A stretch of DNA of 64,000 nt from Octopus sinensis (taxonomy: Eukaryota). The stretch's first letter is position 1; every line of letters begins with the position of its first letter. Below, one piece after another: positions 1 through 12,513 of the stretch. Location: the NCBI RefSeq assembly GCF_006345805.1, contig NC_043008.1, positions 13,392,001-13,456,000 of the forward strand, read 5' to 3'. A model generated the notes under the pieces. That model saw only the letters and a program-made list of their open reading frames with translations, was not told the DNA's origin and searched no databases. A program made the translations under genes and the position numbers.

Positions 1-2066
1 TGATTCTACAAAAGTTAGGCGTAACCCAAAATGACGAAATTGCGCATATCTCTCCTCCACTTATCACGAATATCTTCCTCTCTATCCCAAGCCCCACATT
101 TGGCACAACAGCCGTAGCATCGTCTCCTTTTTCAATCCGATCTCCGCAGTTATTTTTCTTGCAACTATTGATTTGAAGTCGCGTAAGGAAAAGGGTTAAC
201 CGAATTGATTACAATATATACACCTGTAAGAAAGTTATTTCCATTGGACCAATCAATAAAAATACCCAGATTAGTTCAGCTACAGTGGCCAATATCACAT
301 AATCCACTATCAGTTTTTATCAAATACATCGACATATTTCAGTAAATTTCTAGCGATCATATGGTTCTCAATAACATGATGATAACTTTTAAGAGAATCC
401 TACAACGAAAGTAGAATTCATTTAATATATATTCACCTATGAATAGATATGATATATATCAACATAAGTGAGACAAAACCTAAGTGTAAACGAAACATAA
501 GCAACCAGAAAAATGTATCTCAAATATTAAGATTTCTTTCTTTCGCATGATATTACATTCTGGCATTCAATATGATGAATCTATTGTAATTTCGCCGATC
601 GTTTGATAGATGTATATACTTACATAACAAAAAAATATATCACCCAAATTTCAAGATATAATAACATAGAGTTAAATACATGGGCAACGTTTTTTTTACG
701 CACAATTTATAGAGATGTATAATATTACTATAAATCTGATATTTATTTTATTATTGGCTTGTTTCTGTTTAATTTTTTTTATTATTTCCAATACGGAATT
801 TTCTCGGCATATTCAGATATATTTGATATCCCGTTTGGTTAAGTCGATTATTCAGAATAACACATTTTCATTGCTAACTATTATATTCACCTATTAATTT
901 CAAGTAATATCATGTTTTGATCGAAGTATGAGGCTTTAGATTTTGCTTGCCTGTCTTATATATTCTGGAAGTAAAATTGATATAGCAAGCGCAGCAAAAA
1001 GAAAAATAAATAATAATCATATACAGTACATTAACTGTAATCTTATTCAACTGTTAGTGGAAAAACAGGAAACGTCTGATAGTAGTTGAAATTGGCCTAA
1101 GGACTACGATGAGGTCAATGTGTAAATAATCTTTGGATTGATCTAATGTTTCTTACGACTGTAACTACATCAGAGAGCTGCTTACATATATCTCGAGGAA
1201 CAAAACGTAAGGATGTTTAGGAAATCGATATTGTTACAAGGCTCTGCAATAATCGATAACGATTCAATAAATTCAAGTGATAGTTGATGTGAGTAACGCT
1301 CTAGATATCAAGTGATATTTAACGTTAACTAGCCTCTGGATAACAACTTATATTAAATTATTATCCTCTCATAATCATCTTTTGTTATATGATTAATCTA
1401 TCACAGAACATTACTGGTATTCAATTTATTACCATCAGCCTTTCTTGAAATTGAAAGTAATGAAGTTTATATTACCAAATTTTCATTCCTCCTTTACTAT
1501 TCCTTCCATCATATTTAATATAGTATTATTGATTTTAGATTTAACAAGGTGCAAGTCCAATATTTGCAGTCAAGCAGTATCTTAATCGACTCATTCCATC
1601 TTTCCCACTATATTAAGGGTGCTCATTATATTTAGGGCAGTTAAATGTAAGAACAATAAATTCATCTTACACCAATATTTGGTAACCGATCGTAGTCGTA
1701 GGAAATTAATACTCTCCAATAATATACGATTTCTCTATAATCTCATCGCGGTTTACTCTGATCTATTATAGAATTTCTTCTATGTAGAACAGAGATTCGG
1801 CAGAATAGTAAATCTAACGTAATGGTTTATATCATTTAGTTGTAACAATCCACTTTCTCGTTTCGATTCTAGCTGACATGGTCATATATTTTACTCGCGT
1901 CATTTCATCGATTAAATTAGTAGCTGTCCAGAATTCGGGTCAATTTGATCGTCTAAAATATTCCTCCAAATTCTGTAGCCCTATGCCTATATCGGAAATC
2001 ACTTTTGAAATCCTTCATTTTACATGTGAATTAGTATACTGGAGATTTGTCCTCATCCCTCTGCCC

Positions 2067-2177
2067 TACACTTCCGAAAATCGCATGAAGCTTATTGGGA
2101 TCATAATGTTGTAAGAGATTGTAATTCATTTCTAATTCATCTGTCTCTTTATCAACTACTACATCTTAGATTATATG
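2067..2177. repeat. Isolated copy of the left end of the 2955-3268 MITE-like element
   Basis: Matches 2955-3065 with 3 substitutions in 111 bp (tacacttccga..cttagattatatg). Confidence 0.85.
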
Positions 2178-2635
2178 GATGCAGGCAGTGTCAAATTAAC
2201 AGTGGAATACGAGACTGTTCTGCGGTCCACCTCAACGAAATAGTTGAGCTACCGTAAGAAACTGATTGCGTCTCTGCTCCAAAGAGCGAAGACAACTGAT
2301 ATATGTAGTGGTATATGTTAAAGAGACTTGCATAAATATTAATATCGTGAGTTATACTAGCCCCCAAATGCATGCCTCTGTACTAGAATAAAGAGTTAGT
2401 TAATGCAATAGCTTCGGATTCAAAAGCACATACGACTTGCTGAGGGGCACGTAAGCAACCTACTTGGAGATGGGGTATATATTACCATGAATATTTGCCT
2501 TTTCTAGTCCAAGATGACATAAGAACCTCCATGACAGCAAGCACTTTTCTACCACAAAGGGAACAATATCAAACTCCTTCAAAAGCCAGCCACCTGAGAA
2601 TGTCCTTCAGAATGTTAATGATACTGGTGTTGCCT

Positions 2636-2702
<67 letters not shown>

Positions 2703-2954
2703 ATATATATGTATGTATATAATCAAAATAAGCAACATGATATCAAGTAGTGAAGCAGTACGACCGTTCCAAGCGGCTCCAGAGAACTGAACAATGCAAT
2801 CAATGCATCAATCTAAATGCAATGCCATCTTCAGCTGCAAAAATAAATAAATAGAGTTTTAATAAGCAGGACACATTAATATATTTTTCTGATATATCTT
2901 AACAGAGCAAGAGGGAAGACATTTATGTTGCTGCTATTGTAGCTAAGGAAGGAT

Positions 2955-3268
2955 TACACTTCCGAGAATCGCATGAAGCTTATTGGGATCATAATGTTGT
3001 AAGAGATTGTAATTCATTTCTAATTCATCTATCTCTTTATCAACTATTACATCTTAGATTATATGACTGGGTCTATTTTGAAATATGGCTATAAATTCAT
3101 GGCCATATGTAGCCATGAGCAACCAACTCACTCTATTCTTTTATTCATAACAGACAGTCTTCTAGCCTTAGAATTAGTAGCTGATAAAGAGAAAATGAAT
3201 TAGGAATGAATTGCAATCCCTTACAACACTATGAGCACAATAGGCTTCATGCGAACCTTGGAAGTGTA
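2955..3268. mobile_element. MITE-like element, 314 bp, with about 95-bp imperfect terminal inverted repeats
   Basis: TAcacttcc...ggaagtgTA; 2955-3050 is a degenerate reverse complement of about 3178-3268; non-coding; TA at both ends is compatible with a Tc1/mariner-type target site (inference). Confidence 0.65.
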
Positions 3269-3735
3269 GTCTGTTCTTAGCTACAAAGAAAAGCGGAAAT
3301 TTGACAATATATGACTACCTGAAAAATTGAATGACTGGAATGTAGAATTCGGTGCACATTCTCATAATTCATTACTTATATTTCTCAAATCATCAACGCA
3401 TATTTTTTCAACATTGTGCTACCTCCTCTACTTGGAAATATGCTAAAATTTAATGTTTGCTGTACAAGAAAAATGACACCCGTTTTAGATTTAATCGATA
3501 TATCATATCATGAAACATGCTTGCTCGTTTGCGTATCAAATATTACACCCTTATATTAAAACTAGTTATAAAAATGATATATTATTACTGTATGACAAGG
3601 TTACTATCTCTACAAAGTTTAAATTATGAGAAAATATCTGAGAATCCTATTAAGCGTTGTATCACACCAAATGACAAAAGTACCATTCATGTCGCATGTA
3701 TAAACAATTAGAAGATGTAATAGGAAAATCAAAGC

Positions 3736-4087
3736 AGAGCACGGAGCTGGCAGAATCATGAGCACGCTGGACGAAATTCTTAGCGTTATTTCGTCTGCCG
3801 TTACGTTCTGAGTTCAAATTCCGCCGAGGTCGACTTTGCCTTTCATCTTTTCGGGGTCAATGAAATAAGTACCAGTTACGCACTGGGGTCGATGGAATCC
3901 ACTATCCCCTTTCCCCGAATTTCAGGCCTTGTGTCTATATTAGTAAAGAATATTTTATTCTTCCGAGGTCGACTTTGCTTTTCATCCTTTCGGGGTCGAT
4001 AGACAACTACCAGTGCGTACTGGAGTCGATCTAATCGACTGGGCCCCTCCCCCAAAATTTCGGGCCTTGTGCCTAGAGTAGAAATGT
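3736..4087 (+). mobile_element. tRNA-derived SINE family B, dimeric 3' half, with 16-bp target-site duplication
   Basis: gagctggcagaatc head and gagttcaaattccgccgaggtcgactttgcc body, the latter part repeated twice; direct repeat ataggaaaatcaaagc at 3720-3735 and 4088-4103. Confidence 0.9.
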
Positions 4088-4330
4088 ATAGGAAAATCAA
4101 AGCTATATAATGTTCCGTATAATATATTACTAAAATTATAAGAAGTTTAACTAAACGCATGTCTGTCCAAAATACAATTGCTTTATATGATACTTAATTT
4201 GGACCTGAAGTAAAAGATGTACCTCAAAACGTTTGTTGCAGGCAATTGATCTAGTTTCAGTCATGTCTATCTCATCATCATCGTCGACGTCGTCGTCAAC
4301 GGCGTTGCCGTTGTCGTCGTCATCATTTGT

Positions 4331-5304
4331 CCACGGTTGTAACAATGAATTTTGCTCCACGGTTGCAACAATGAATTTTGGTCCACAGTTGCAACAAGGA
4401 ATTTTGGTCCACGGTTGCAACAATGAATTTTGGTCCACGGTTGCAACAATGAATTTTGGTTCACGGTTGCAACAATGCATTTTGGCCCAAGGTTGCAACA
4501 ATGAATTTTGGTCCACGGTTGTAACAATGAATTTTGGCCTAGGGTTGCAACAATGAATTTTGGTCCACGGTTGCAGCAATGAATTGTGGTCCACGGTTGC
4601 AACAATGAATTTTGGTCCACGGTTGCTACAATGAATTTTGGTCCACGGTTGCAACAATGAATTTTGGTCCACGGTTGCAACAATGAATTTTGGTCTACGG
4701 TTGCAACAATGAATTTTGGTCTACGGTTGCAACAATGAATTTTGGTCCACGGTTGCAACAATGAATTTTGGTCCACGGTTGCAACAATGAATTTTGGTCC
4801 ACGGTTGCAACAATGAATTTTGGTCTACGGTTGCAACAATGAATTTTGGTCCACGGTTGCAACAATGAATTTTGGCCCACGGTTGCTACAAAGAATTTTG
4901 GTCCACGGTTGCAACAATGAATTTTGGTCTACGGTTGCAACAATGAATTTTGGTCTACGGTTGCAACAATGAATTTTGGTCCACGGTTGCAACAATGAAT
5001 TTTGGTCCACGGTTGCAACAATGAATTTTGGTCCACGGTTGCAACAATGAATTTTGGTCCACGGTTGCAACAATGAATTTTGGTCTACGGTTGCAACAAT
5101 GAATTTTGGTCCACGGTTGCAACAATGAATTTTGGTCCACGGTTGCAACAATGAATTTTGGTCCACGGTTGCAACAATGAATTTTGGTCTACGGTTGCAA
5201 CAATGAATTTTGGTCCACGGTTGCAACAATGAATTTTGGCCCACGGTTGCTACAAAGAATTTTGGTCCACGGTTGCAACAATGAATTTTGGTCCACAGTT
5301 GCAA
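4331..5304. repeat. 26-bp minisatellite, about 37 copies (ccacggttgcaacaatgaattttggt)
   Basis: Contiguous units with no spacers; translates as a 26-aa (3-unit) peptide repeat in the ORF track. Confidence 0.97.
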
Positions 5305-6453
5305 CTTGCATTTTGGTATCTTAGTGACTTCTTATATTTGGGAATATGCGGTATTAAATCCAAACACTGAATCAAATTATTCCGCATCAGTTCTAATTTA
5401 TGTTTAACACTTCTGATACAGAATAAGAATATTAATACTACTCATAATATATGTTATAATATTGTTAAACTAAGCGCATAATACTATATCCGTCTATTTC
5501 ATCATGGAGGTTTAACGGCAACATGTAAAACACGTGACTGCTTTGGCTAATTATGCAATAAATTCGTTGCACAAGGTAGGGGAAATGTCATGCAGGAACT
5601 TTTGATGTTCTGCAGATAATAGATCTGAGTAAAGATACACATTTCATAGAGCTATTGGGCAACACTATTCTTAAACACCGTTTCTTCTATTCGTTGAATT
5701 CTTTATTGATAACCATTATGGCATTCACTATTATACGTTAGTAAAGTAGCTTTTCTCCGATTTCAGTAAAATTGAGTGTAACACGACCATCAAGATCCAT
5801 TATCTCTGCAGTCGCTTATTTCAACCTCCAGAAAAAAAATGACTTAAGTAATTGCATTTGGAAAAGTTACATGAGGATATAAAAATATGAAAGATGATAA
5901 CCAGGAAGGTTGGAATACACGCACGTTATATCAGATTACTGTTGGGAAATTTACGAAAACCTTTCGGTGATATCGCTCTAAATCTCACAGAAAATACGTA
6001 TTGAATTCCAGAGAATTTTATGCATTTCTGCATATTTTGAACTCACCTACTATTTAGGAATCCCTTTCCGAGCCTTCAATCATTCAAATATGTGTTTTTC
6101 GTAGACTATCGTGTGAGTAGAGCTTACTTAGATTTTGTTTGCCCGAGCACTGGCTATGATTGTTAAAGCGATGGGTGGTGCTCTTGGTTCAACAATAAAA
6201 GAAGCAATAATGTTCATCTCCCAAAGAGCTGTTATCTCTTGCTGCATCTGCTGCTTTCTATTTCCCTTTATCTTCTTCTGGCTTCTCTGCGCGAGAGACA
6301 TTGAAGACGACTTACTACCAGTCTTAGAGCTTTGGAGCCCTACTAGTGTGCACTTGCAACAAGAATGACCTTCACTTTGCTCCATTATTGACTATATGTC
6401 AAAGACTGCTGTGAGAACCCTGTCCTACTAAAAATTTGTGCGAAATCTATATA

Positions 6454-6815
6454 GGCGCAGGAGTGGTTCCGGGTTCAGTCCCACTGCGTGGCACCTTGGG
6501 CAAGTGTCTTCTGCTATAGCCTCCGGCCGCCTTTTGGGTGGATTTTGTAGACGGAAACTGAAAGAAACCCCTCGTATATATGTATATGTATATATATGTA
6601 TCTGTATCTGCGTGTCTGTTTTTGTCCCCCCAACACCGCTTGACAACCGATGCTGGTGTGCTCACGTCCCCATTAACTTAGCGGTTCGGCAAAGAGACGG
6701 ATAGAAAAAGTACTAGGCTTACAAAGAATAAGTCCTGGGGTCGATTTGCTCGACTAAAGGCGGTGCTCCAGCATGGCCGCAGTCAAATGACTGAAACAAG
6801 TAAAAGAGTAAAAGA
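6454..6815 (+). mobile_element. tRNA-derived SINE family A (CORE-like ccttgggcaag motif), deletion in head
   Basis: ggcgcaggagtgg head, internal microsatellite and ggcggtgctccagcatggccgcagtcaaatgactgaaacaagtaaaaga tail; about 35 bp missing from the head relative to 8067. Confidence 0.9.
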
Positions 6816-8066
6816 TAGAGACAGACCATATTTTTCTCTGAGTCATCTCTGCAATCAAATGCGTTATTTATAACGCCAGCGTTGCAACAACGCTGTGACG
6901 ACGTCAGTAGGTATATATATGACGGGGGTTTCGTTCCAAACAAATGAGCTAGCGTACCACTACGCGCTTACGTTGATAAATCGGTTAGTGTTATCTTCTA
7001 ATCCACAATATTAGACAACACACCCACATCTCTATTAGGCTTTCTGCAGTTTATGAATGACAAACACAGTCAGACATTAGCAGCAGGCCTACACAAGCTA
7101 CACAAGCCTACACAAGCTTTTGTTGTGCGATGTTTAATACAATTCTCCTGTTTAAATCAGTAGGTGTGCAAATCTCTAGATTTTTCCGATCTGAATGATA
7201 TCGTCAAGTGATAAAGCTGGGGCGTATTTTTTTCGAGACTTGTTGTCTTGTATTTGGTTTTTTTTTTGTTTTTTTTTTTTCATTTTCACTGTCAACATTA
7301 TCACAAGATATGTTTGTCTTTTGCTGCTGTTGACAGAAAACTTTTATTGTTATTTGAGATTTTATTCGGCAGTTTTCGTTTTATGTTTGTGAAAACATAG
7401 CTATAACTTTCCATTTGTATCATTTTAAATTTCTTTTTTTATGGCTTCACATGTTCCATAAAATACTGAGCATGGACAGAAATGAACTTCCTCTCTGGTC
7501 GTTGGTTGGATTCATAGTCTAACATATTTAAAATACCATTTTCTGCAAACTTAGATAAACATCAAGTGAAAATTATAGCCAGACGCATATGAATATACTA
7601 ATTATGTCTAAACACTCTGACAGACATTGCATGCACATACGTTTACATATTTATATTTAAGTGAGTGCGTATGAGGTAATATATGGGTGTATGTACATAA
7701 ATATATATGTTTATTTGTAACTGAATGTATAATGGTACCTTCCTTAAAGTAGCCAGTCATTTGTTCAGCACGTATGCTAGGATGGGATTTGACCGAGATC
7801 AATTTTACGTCAGGTCAGTTCTTCCGCTGTTCAACATCAATGATTTCCAGCGGAAAAAAAAGGACGTAAATATCTTGGAATCAAGGTCTTTAAAGAAGTT
7901 ATCATAAGGACGGTGAAACCAACTGCGGAATGCCAGAAAGTGCTTAATACCGTATTTATACGCACAGTTTACGTCCCAAACCGTCCTTAATCAATATTAT
8001 GACCATATTGTTTTGAGGTATAGAATGGATTTGAGGCATAGAATGGATTTTCTTTCTTTACTCATA

Positions 8067-8475
8067 GGCGCAGGAGTGGCTGTGTGGTAAGTAGCTTGCT
8101 AACCAACCACATGGTTCCAGGTTCAGTCCCACTGCGTGGCATCTTGGGCAAGTGTCTTCTGCTATAGCCCCGGGCTGACCAATGCCTTGTGAGTGGATTT
8201 GGTAGACGGAAATTGAAAGAAGCCTGTCGTATATATGTATATATATATAAGTGTGTGTGTATATGTTTGTGTGTCTGTGTTTGTCCCCCTAGCATTGCTT
8301 GACAACCGATGCTGGTGTGTTTACGTCCCCGTCACTTAGCGGTTCGGCAAAAGAGACCGATAGAATAAGTACTGGGCTTACAAAGAATAAGTCCCGGGGT
8401 CGATTTGCTCGACTAAAGGCGGTGCTCCAGCATGGTCGCAGTCAAATGACTGAAACAAGTAAAAGAGTAAAAGAG
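8067..8475 (+). mobile_element. SINE family A, full length
   Basis: Complete head, core, internal microsatellite and tail; multi-copy in the window. Confidence 0.92.
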
Positions 8476-8809
8476 AGTATATCCTCGGTAGTCTGACATG
8501 AATCATATAGGGGAAGAACTGATTCATACAACGGCACGATCAGCAATCATCTATTGTCTTATCAGTAAATTAAAAAGTACGCAGGGAGAAGCGAAGATAA
8601 AAGAGATCAATAGAAATTGAAATTGATCAATTGGAGGAATTTTGAAACTCATAACAAGAAGAGAAAATTTTGGTTAGGAAACATTATAGGTAATATTATC
8701 CTGATATCATAAGTGGTAGATATATTACAATATTACTATATATATTTATATACTTCTTCTATATCGCTTTCCTATCTACTCGTGATTCGCTGTTGCAGAG
8801 TTTCTGAAG

Positions 8810-8887
<78 letters not shown>

Positions 8888-9141
8888 ATCTACCTACCTA
8901 TCTATCTATCTATCTATCTATATGTATGTATATATATATATATATATAGATATACTAAGCAATTAAGGGTTTAGCAACGAACTGCCTCACCACACACCGA
9001 ATTTAGAAATAGCAGTCAAAGAGTTATAGCTATTCTTTCTACTAAAAGGGAGATCTCAGTTAAAACACAGCACTTGAAAGGCAAACACAGACAGGTAAGA
9101 AAGAATGAAATGACGACAATATATCATACAATTTTAAGTTA

Positions 9142-9233
9142 CCTACGGACGTACGTTTCTAAATCAAGTTTTAGGAAAGCATAAGAATTAGAAAATTCTA
9201 CCTTACCCAAACTTCTTTTCTCATCAGCGTAGG
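9142..9233 (-). ncRNA. Type I hammerhead ribozyme motif with long helix II
   Basis: RNA: CCUACG CUGAUGA [61-nt imperfect hairpin] GAAAC GUAC GUC CGUAGG. Helix I is 6 perfect bp, loop III is palindromic, triplet is GUC; base of helix II is a G.A mismatch. Confidence 0.85.
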
Positions 9234-9249
9234 ATACTACAATTATGAT

Positions 9250-9284
9250 ATATATAAATATAGATAGATAGATAGATATATATA

Positions 9285-9318
<34 letters not shown>

Positions 9319-9534
9319 AATAGACAGTGACAAATAAATAGATATATTCCTTGATATACATATATACACAGGCGTGAATACATATAAATGCATCTTTATA
9401 CGTATATACATAATTTCATTGATACACCCACACACACACACTCTCTCTCAGACACACTCAGATACACGGTCACACATATACATACATACTGTATATATAT
9501 ATATATATACACACATATATATATATACACACAC

Positions 9535-9567
<33 letters not shown>

Positions 9568-9623
9568 TATATATATAATATATATATACACACACACACA
9601 CACACATACACATATGTATATAT

Positions 9624-9685
<62 letters not shown>
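9250..9685. repeat. Compound (GATA)/(TA)/(CA) microsatellite tract
   Basis: Directly visible simple repeats. Confidence 0.95.
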
Positions 9686-9688
<3 letters not shown>

Positions 9689-10109
9689 GGTGCCTTTCTG
9701 CAAATAAGTGCGAGTGGTGTGCTACGTGTTTTGAAGATTATTGAAAGGTCAGCATTGTTAAGGAAAAATCGAAAGACTGTGTTCATGTGCGAGAAGCCAG
9801 AAATTTCACATTGTACTCATAATTTTCATATTGCAAAATCTATAAGTTTAATCAAGAAAGCAATAAAAGAATTCCGAACGTGATCTTTTTTTATGCAGTA
9901 TAAAAATGTAATAAAATATTGTGAATTTCCATTTCTAATTTCGAAAGATTGCCACTTACAGAAACCAGCAGGAAATTACATATAAGAATGTTCGAAGAAT
10001 TTAAAGGATTTTCTTTGAAAATCCGATTTCACATAAGAAAGTTCACACCTAATGGCACGAAAAATTTCCTACATTTCTCAATACGGCATTTAGTACATCT
10101 CTCTCCCTC

Positions 10110-10140
<31 letters not shown>

Positions 10141-10271
10141 ATGTATCTATAGGTATATCTCTCATTCATTCATTCCCTTTCTCTTTCTTTCTTTCTTTCT
10201 TTCTTTCTCGCTTCCTCCCTCTTCATTTATATAGTCACAAATATATATGTATATATACACACACGCACACA

Positions 10272-10326
<55 letters not shown>

Positions 10327-11092
10327 GCACACCCACCTAAATATATGTGTGTATATATATATATATATATAAATATATGTATAATATACTCGCACACACA
10401 TTTGCATATATATATATATAACGTAATTGGTCAGCTAATATATGTGTGTGTATCTTTATATACACACGTATACACACACACACATATATATATATGGCGG
10501 TGCCCCAGCATGATAAAATAAAATAATATATATATATATATAAAATAAAATAATATATATATATATATATATTTTTTTTTATTTTATTTTATTTATAAAT
10601 ACATATGCACACACACACATATATGTATATATACATGAAGGTTACCTGGTTTAAAAATCTTCGAAATTTATCGATATTTCCACAAATTCCAATACTAACC
10701 TAGATCTTTCTACGCATTTCAAATTCACCACTGTTTCTTCCTATCCGTAGCTAATCCAAAAGATCACGTATGTTAATGTGCTCTCATACTCTTAGCTGTA
10801 ATAATATAACTAAACTTAACCTAGCATCACGTAAGTGTATATCTATATGCATGTATTTGTACGTATGTTTTTATATATAAATATGTGAATCTTCGTATAT
10901 ATGAGTGTGCACCCAAATTCATAACTATATGTATATTTATACAAATGAGAAAATTGTAGTGATTATCTATAATAAGTTCGTGAAATAGACGGAAAGGAAA
11001 AATATAAACATCGATTCTCTGACCTATTTTCACTTATGTGTTCTCGTTGTTACCATCTCTGTTGGAGATGGATATATATATATATATATGAT

Positions 11093-11129
<37 letters not shown>

Positions 11130-11132
<3 letters not shown>

Positions 11133-11322
11133 GAAGTTTACGAAAGAAATAACAAAAGACGAACAGGTGGTGTACAAAACAAACAGATGTATTAGTATAA
11201 CGCTCAGAATAGAAAAAGTGTTTTACGTTTCGAGCCTACGCTCTTGTAAAGAAAGGGACACAGAAAACAAGGAAGGAAACAAGTAGAGAAAAAATGTGTG
11301 TAGTGGCTAACGATCTATCATC
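11130..11322 (-). mobile_element. Short interspersed element family D (PLE-terminus-like), HHR-like core decayed
   Basis: Homologous to 31722-31901 and 40409-40625; minus strand reads CUUU CUUUACA A GAGC GUAG GCUC GAAAC GUA AAAC at 11220-11255; flanked by (TA)n. Confidence 0.75.
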
Positions 11323-11391
11323 TATATATATATATATAATATTATATATATATATATATATAATTATATGATAGATCGTTTTTTAAGTTGT

Positions 11392-11464
<73 letters not shown>

Positions 11465-12329
11465 ACAACTTAAAAAAGTGACTTATTAGCAATTAAAACT
11501 ACAGGTGAAATTAATAGACAGTTAACCCTAGGCCTTGGCAGCCGCTGTTGAGGATTGAGATGATCTACATCAAAAGTTCAAATCGCGGTCCGGCTATGTA
11601 CGCTGCGGGCATACCTCCTTTTGTCAATCATTCTAGACAGTGCGTTTGTGGCTCTGAGTTGCTAGTCAGTACACCTTTCACTTTTGTGACCTGTATTAAT
11701 TTTACCTTTATGTTCTAATTGCTAATAAGCCGACCTTTTTGATTTGTTGTTTAAACTTGAACCGATTTGGAAATCAGCAAACTTTATGCGACTAACAGAG
11801 GCTGTTGAGTTTACTCCTAGGCGTTAGGAGCTGCTGATGAGGAATGAGATTGGAAGAAACGTAATTATATCAATAAAGAAATAACTTGTGTATAAATTAA
11901 GTGTGATGTTATTATTTATTAACAAAAAACTATCATCATAATACCCCTATCAGAAGAGGGGTAAGACCAATGTCCATCCGACAACGTAATTGGTCAGCTA
12001 ATATTTAAAAACACTATCGTTCGATTGGGTCCGTTAAAAGTAATCAATAAAATACGAAAGAAATTTAAGAAAAATTCAAGGAAAATTTACCAAAATAATT
12101 GTCTAAGGGGTTTTAAATACCAAGTGGGCAATAAGAATAAATGAATAAACATGTACTGAAAGGAATCTGTTATTATGTTTTGAATACTTCTAAAATAATT
12201 TTCGAATTGAAAAACATATATATATTATATATATATATAAAGTTAATCCAAACATGAAAACACAACAACGCGTGGACGTGAAACAAATATAGTATTATTG
12301 GACAGTCAGGAAAGAAGGGAAGAAGGAGG

Positions 12330-12364
12330 GCTCAACGTTTCGAGCGGAGCTCTTCGTCAGAAAC
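12330..12364 (-). ncRNA. Minimal type I hammerhead motif with zero-loop helix III
   Basis: GUUU CUGACGA A GAGC UCC GCUC GAAAC GUU GAGC; canonical core; helix I is 4 bp with two G.U pairs. Confidence 0.6.
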
Positions 12365-12513
12365 AGAGGAAAAGGAAAGATCCAGAGAAGGGAAGACGTG
12401 TGTGTGTGTGTATACCAAAGTAAGCACATAAATGCGAAACAAGGTGGAAAGTATAGTACTCGAATACCAGAGGTATGAAAAAGCAGCAAAAAATCACAAA
12501 ATATATCAGAAAT

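Noticed and set aside
1-226. Possible minus-strand terminal exon after ctttcttacAG (GVYIVINSVNPFPYATSNQ*)
   Set aside because: There is an acceptor-like site only; no recognisable product and no linked upstream coding exon.
4331-5304. CRISPR-like array, or Cys-rich repeat protein from the long minus-strand ORFs
   Set aside because: The units are contiguous with no spacers and there are no cas genes. All three minus frames are open simply because the 26-mer lacks stops.
8560-8815. KIKE/SIEI GIY-YIG-like remnant followed by a truncated CUGAAGA
   Set aside because: It needs a frameshift, the match is very short, and the HHR is cut off by (CA)n.
9690-9840. piggyBac-like C-terminal Cys-rich remnant (KCEWC / RKTVFMCEK)
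   Set aside because: The motifs are in different frames and too short to support a call.
11830-11865. CUGAUGA..GAAACGUA hammerhead candidate
   Set aside because: There is no helix I complement and helix II does not close.
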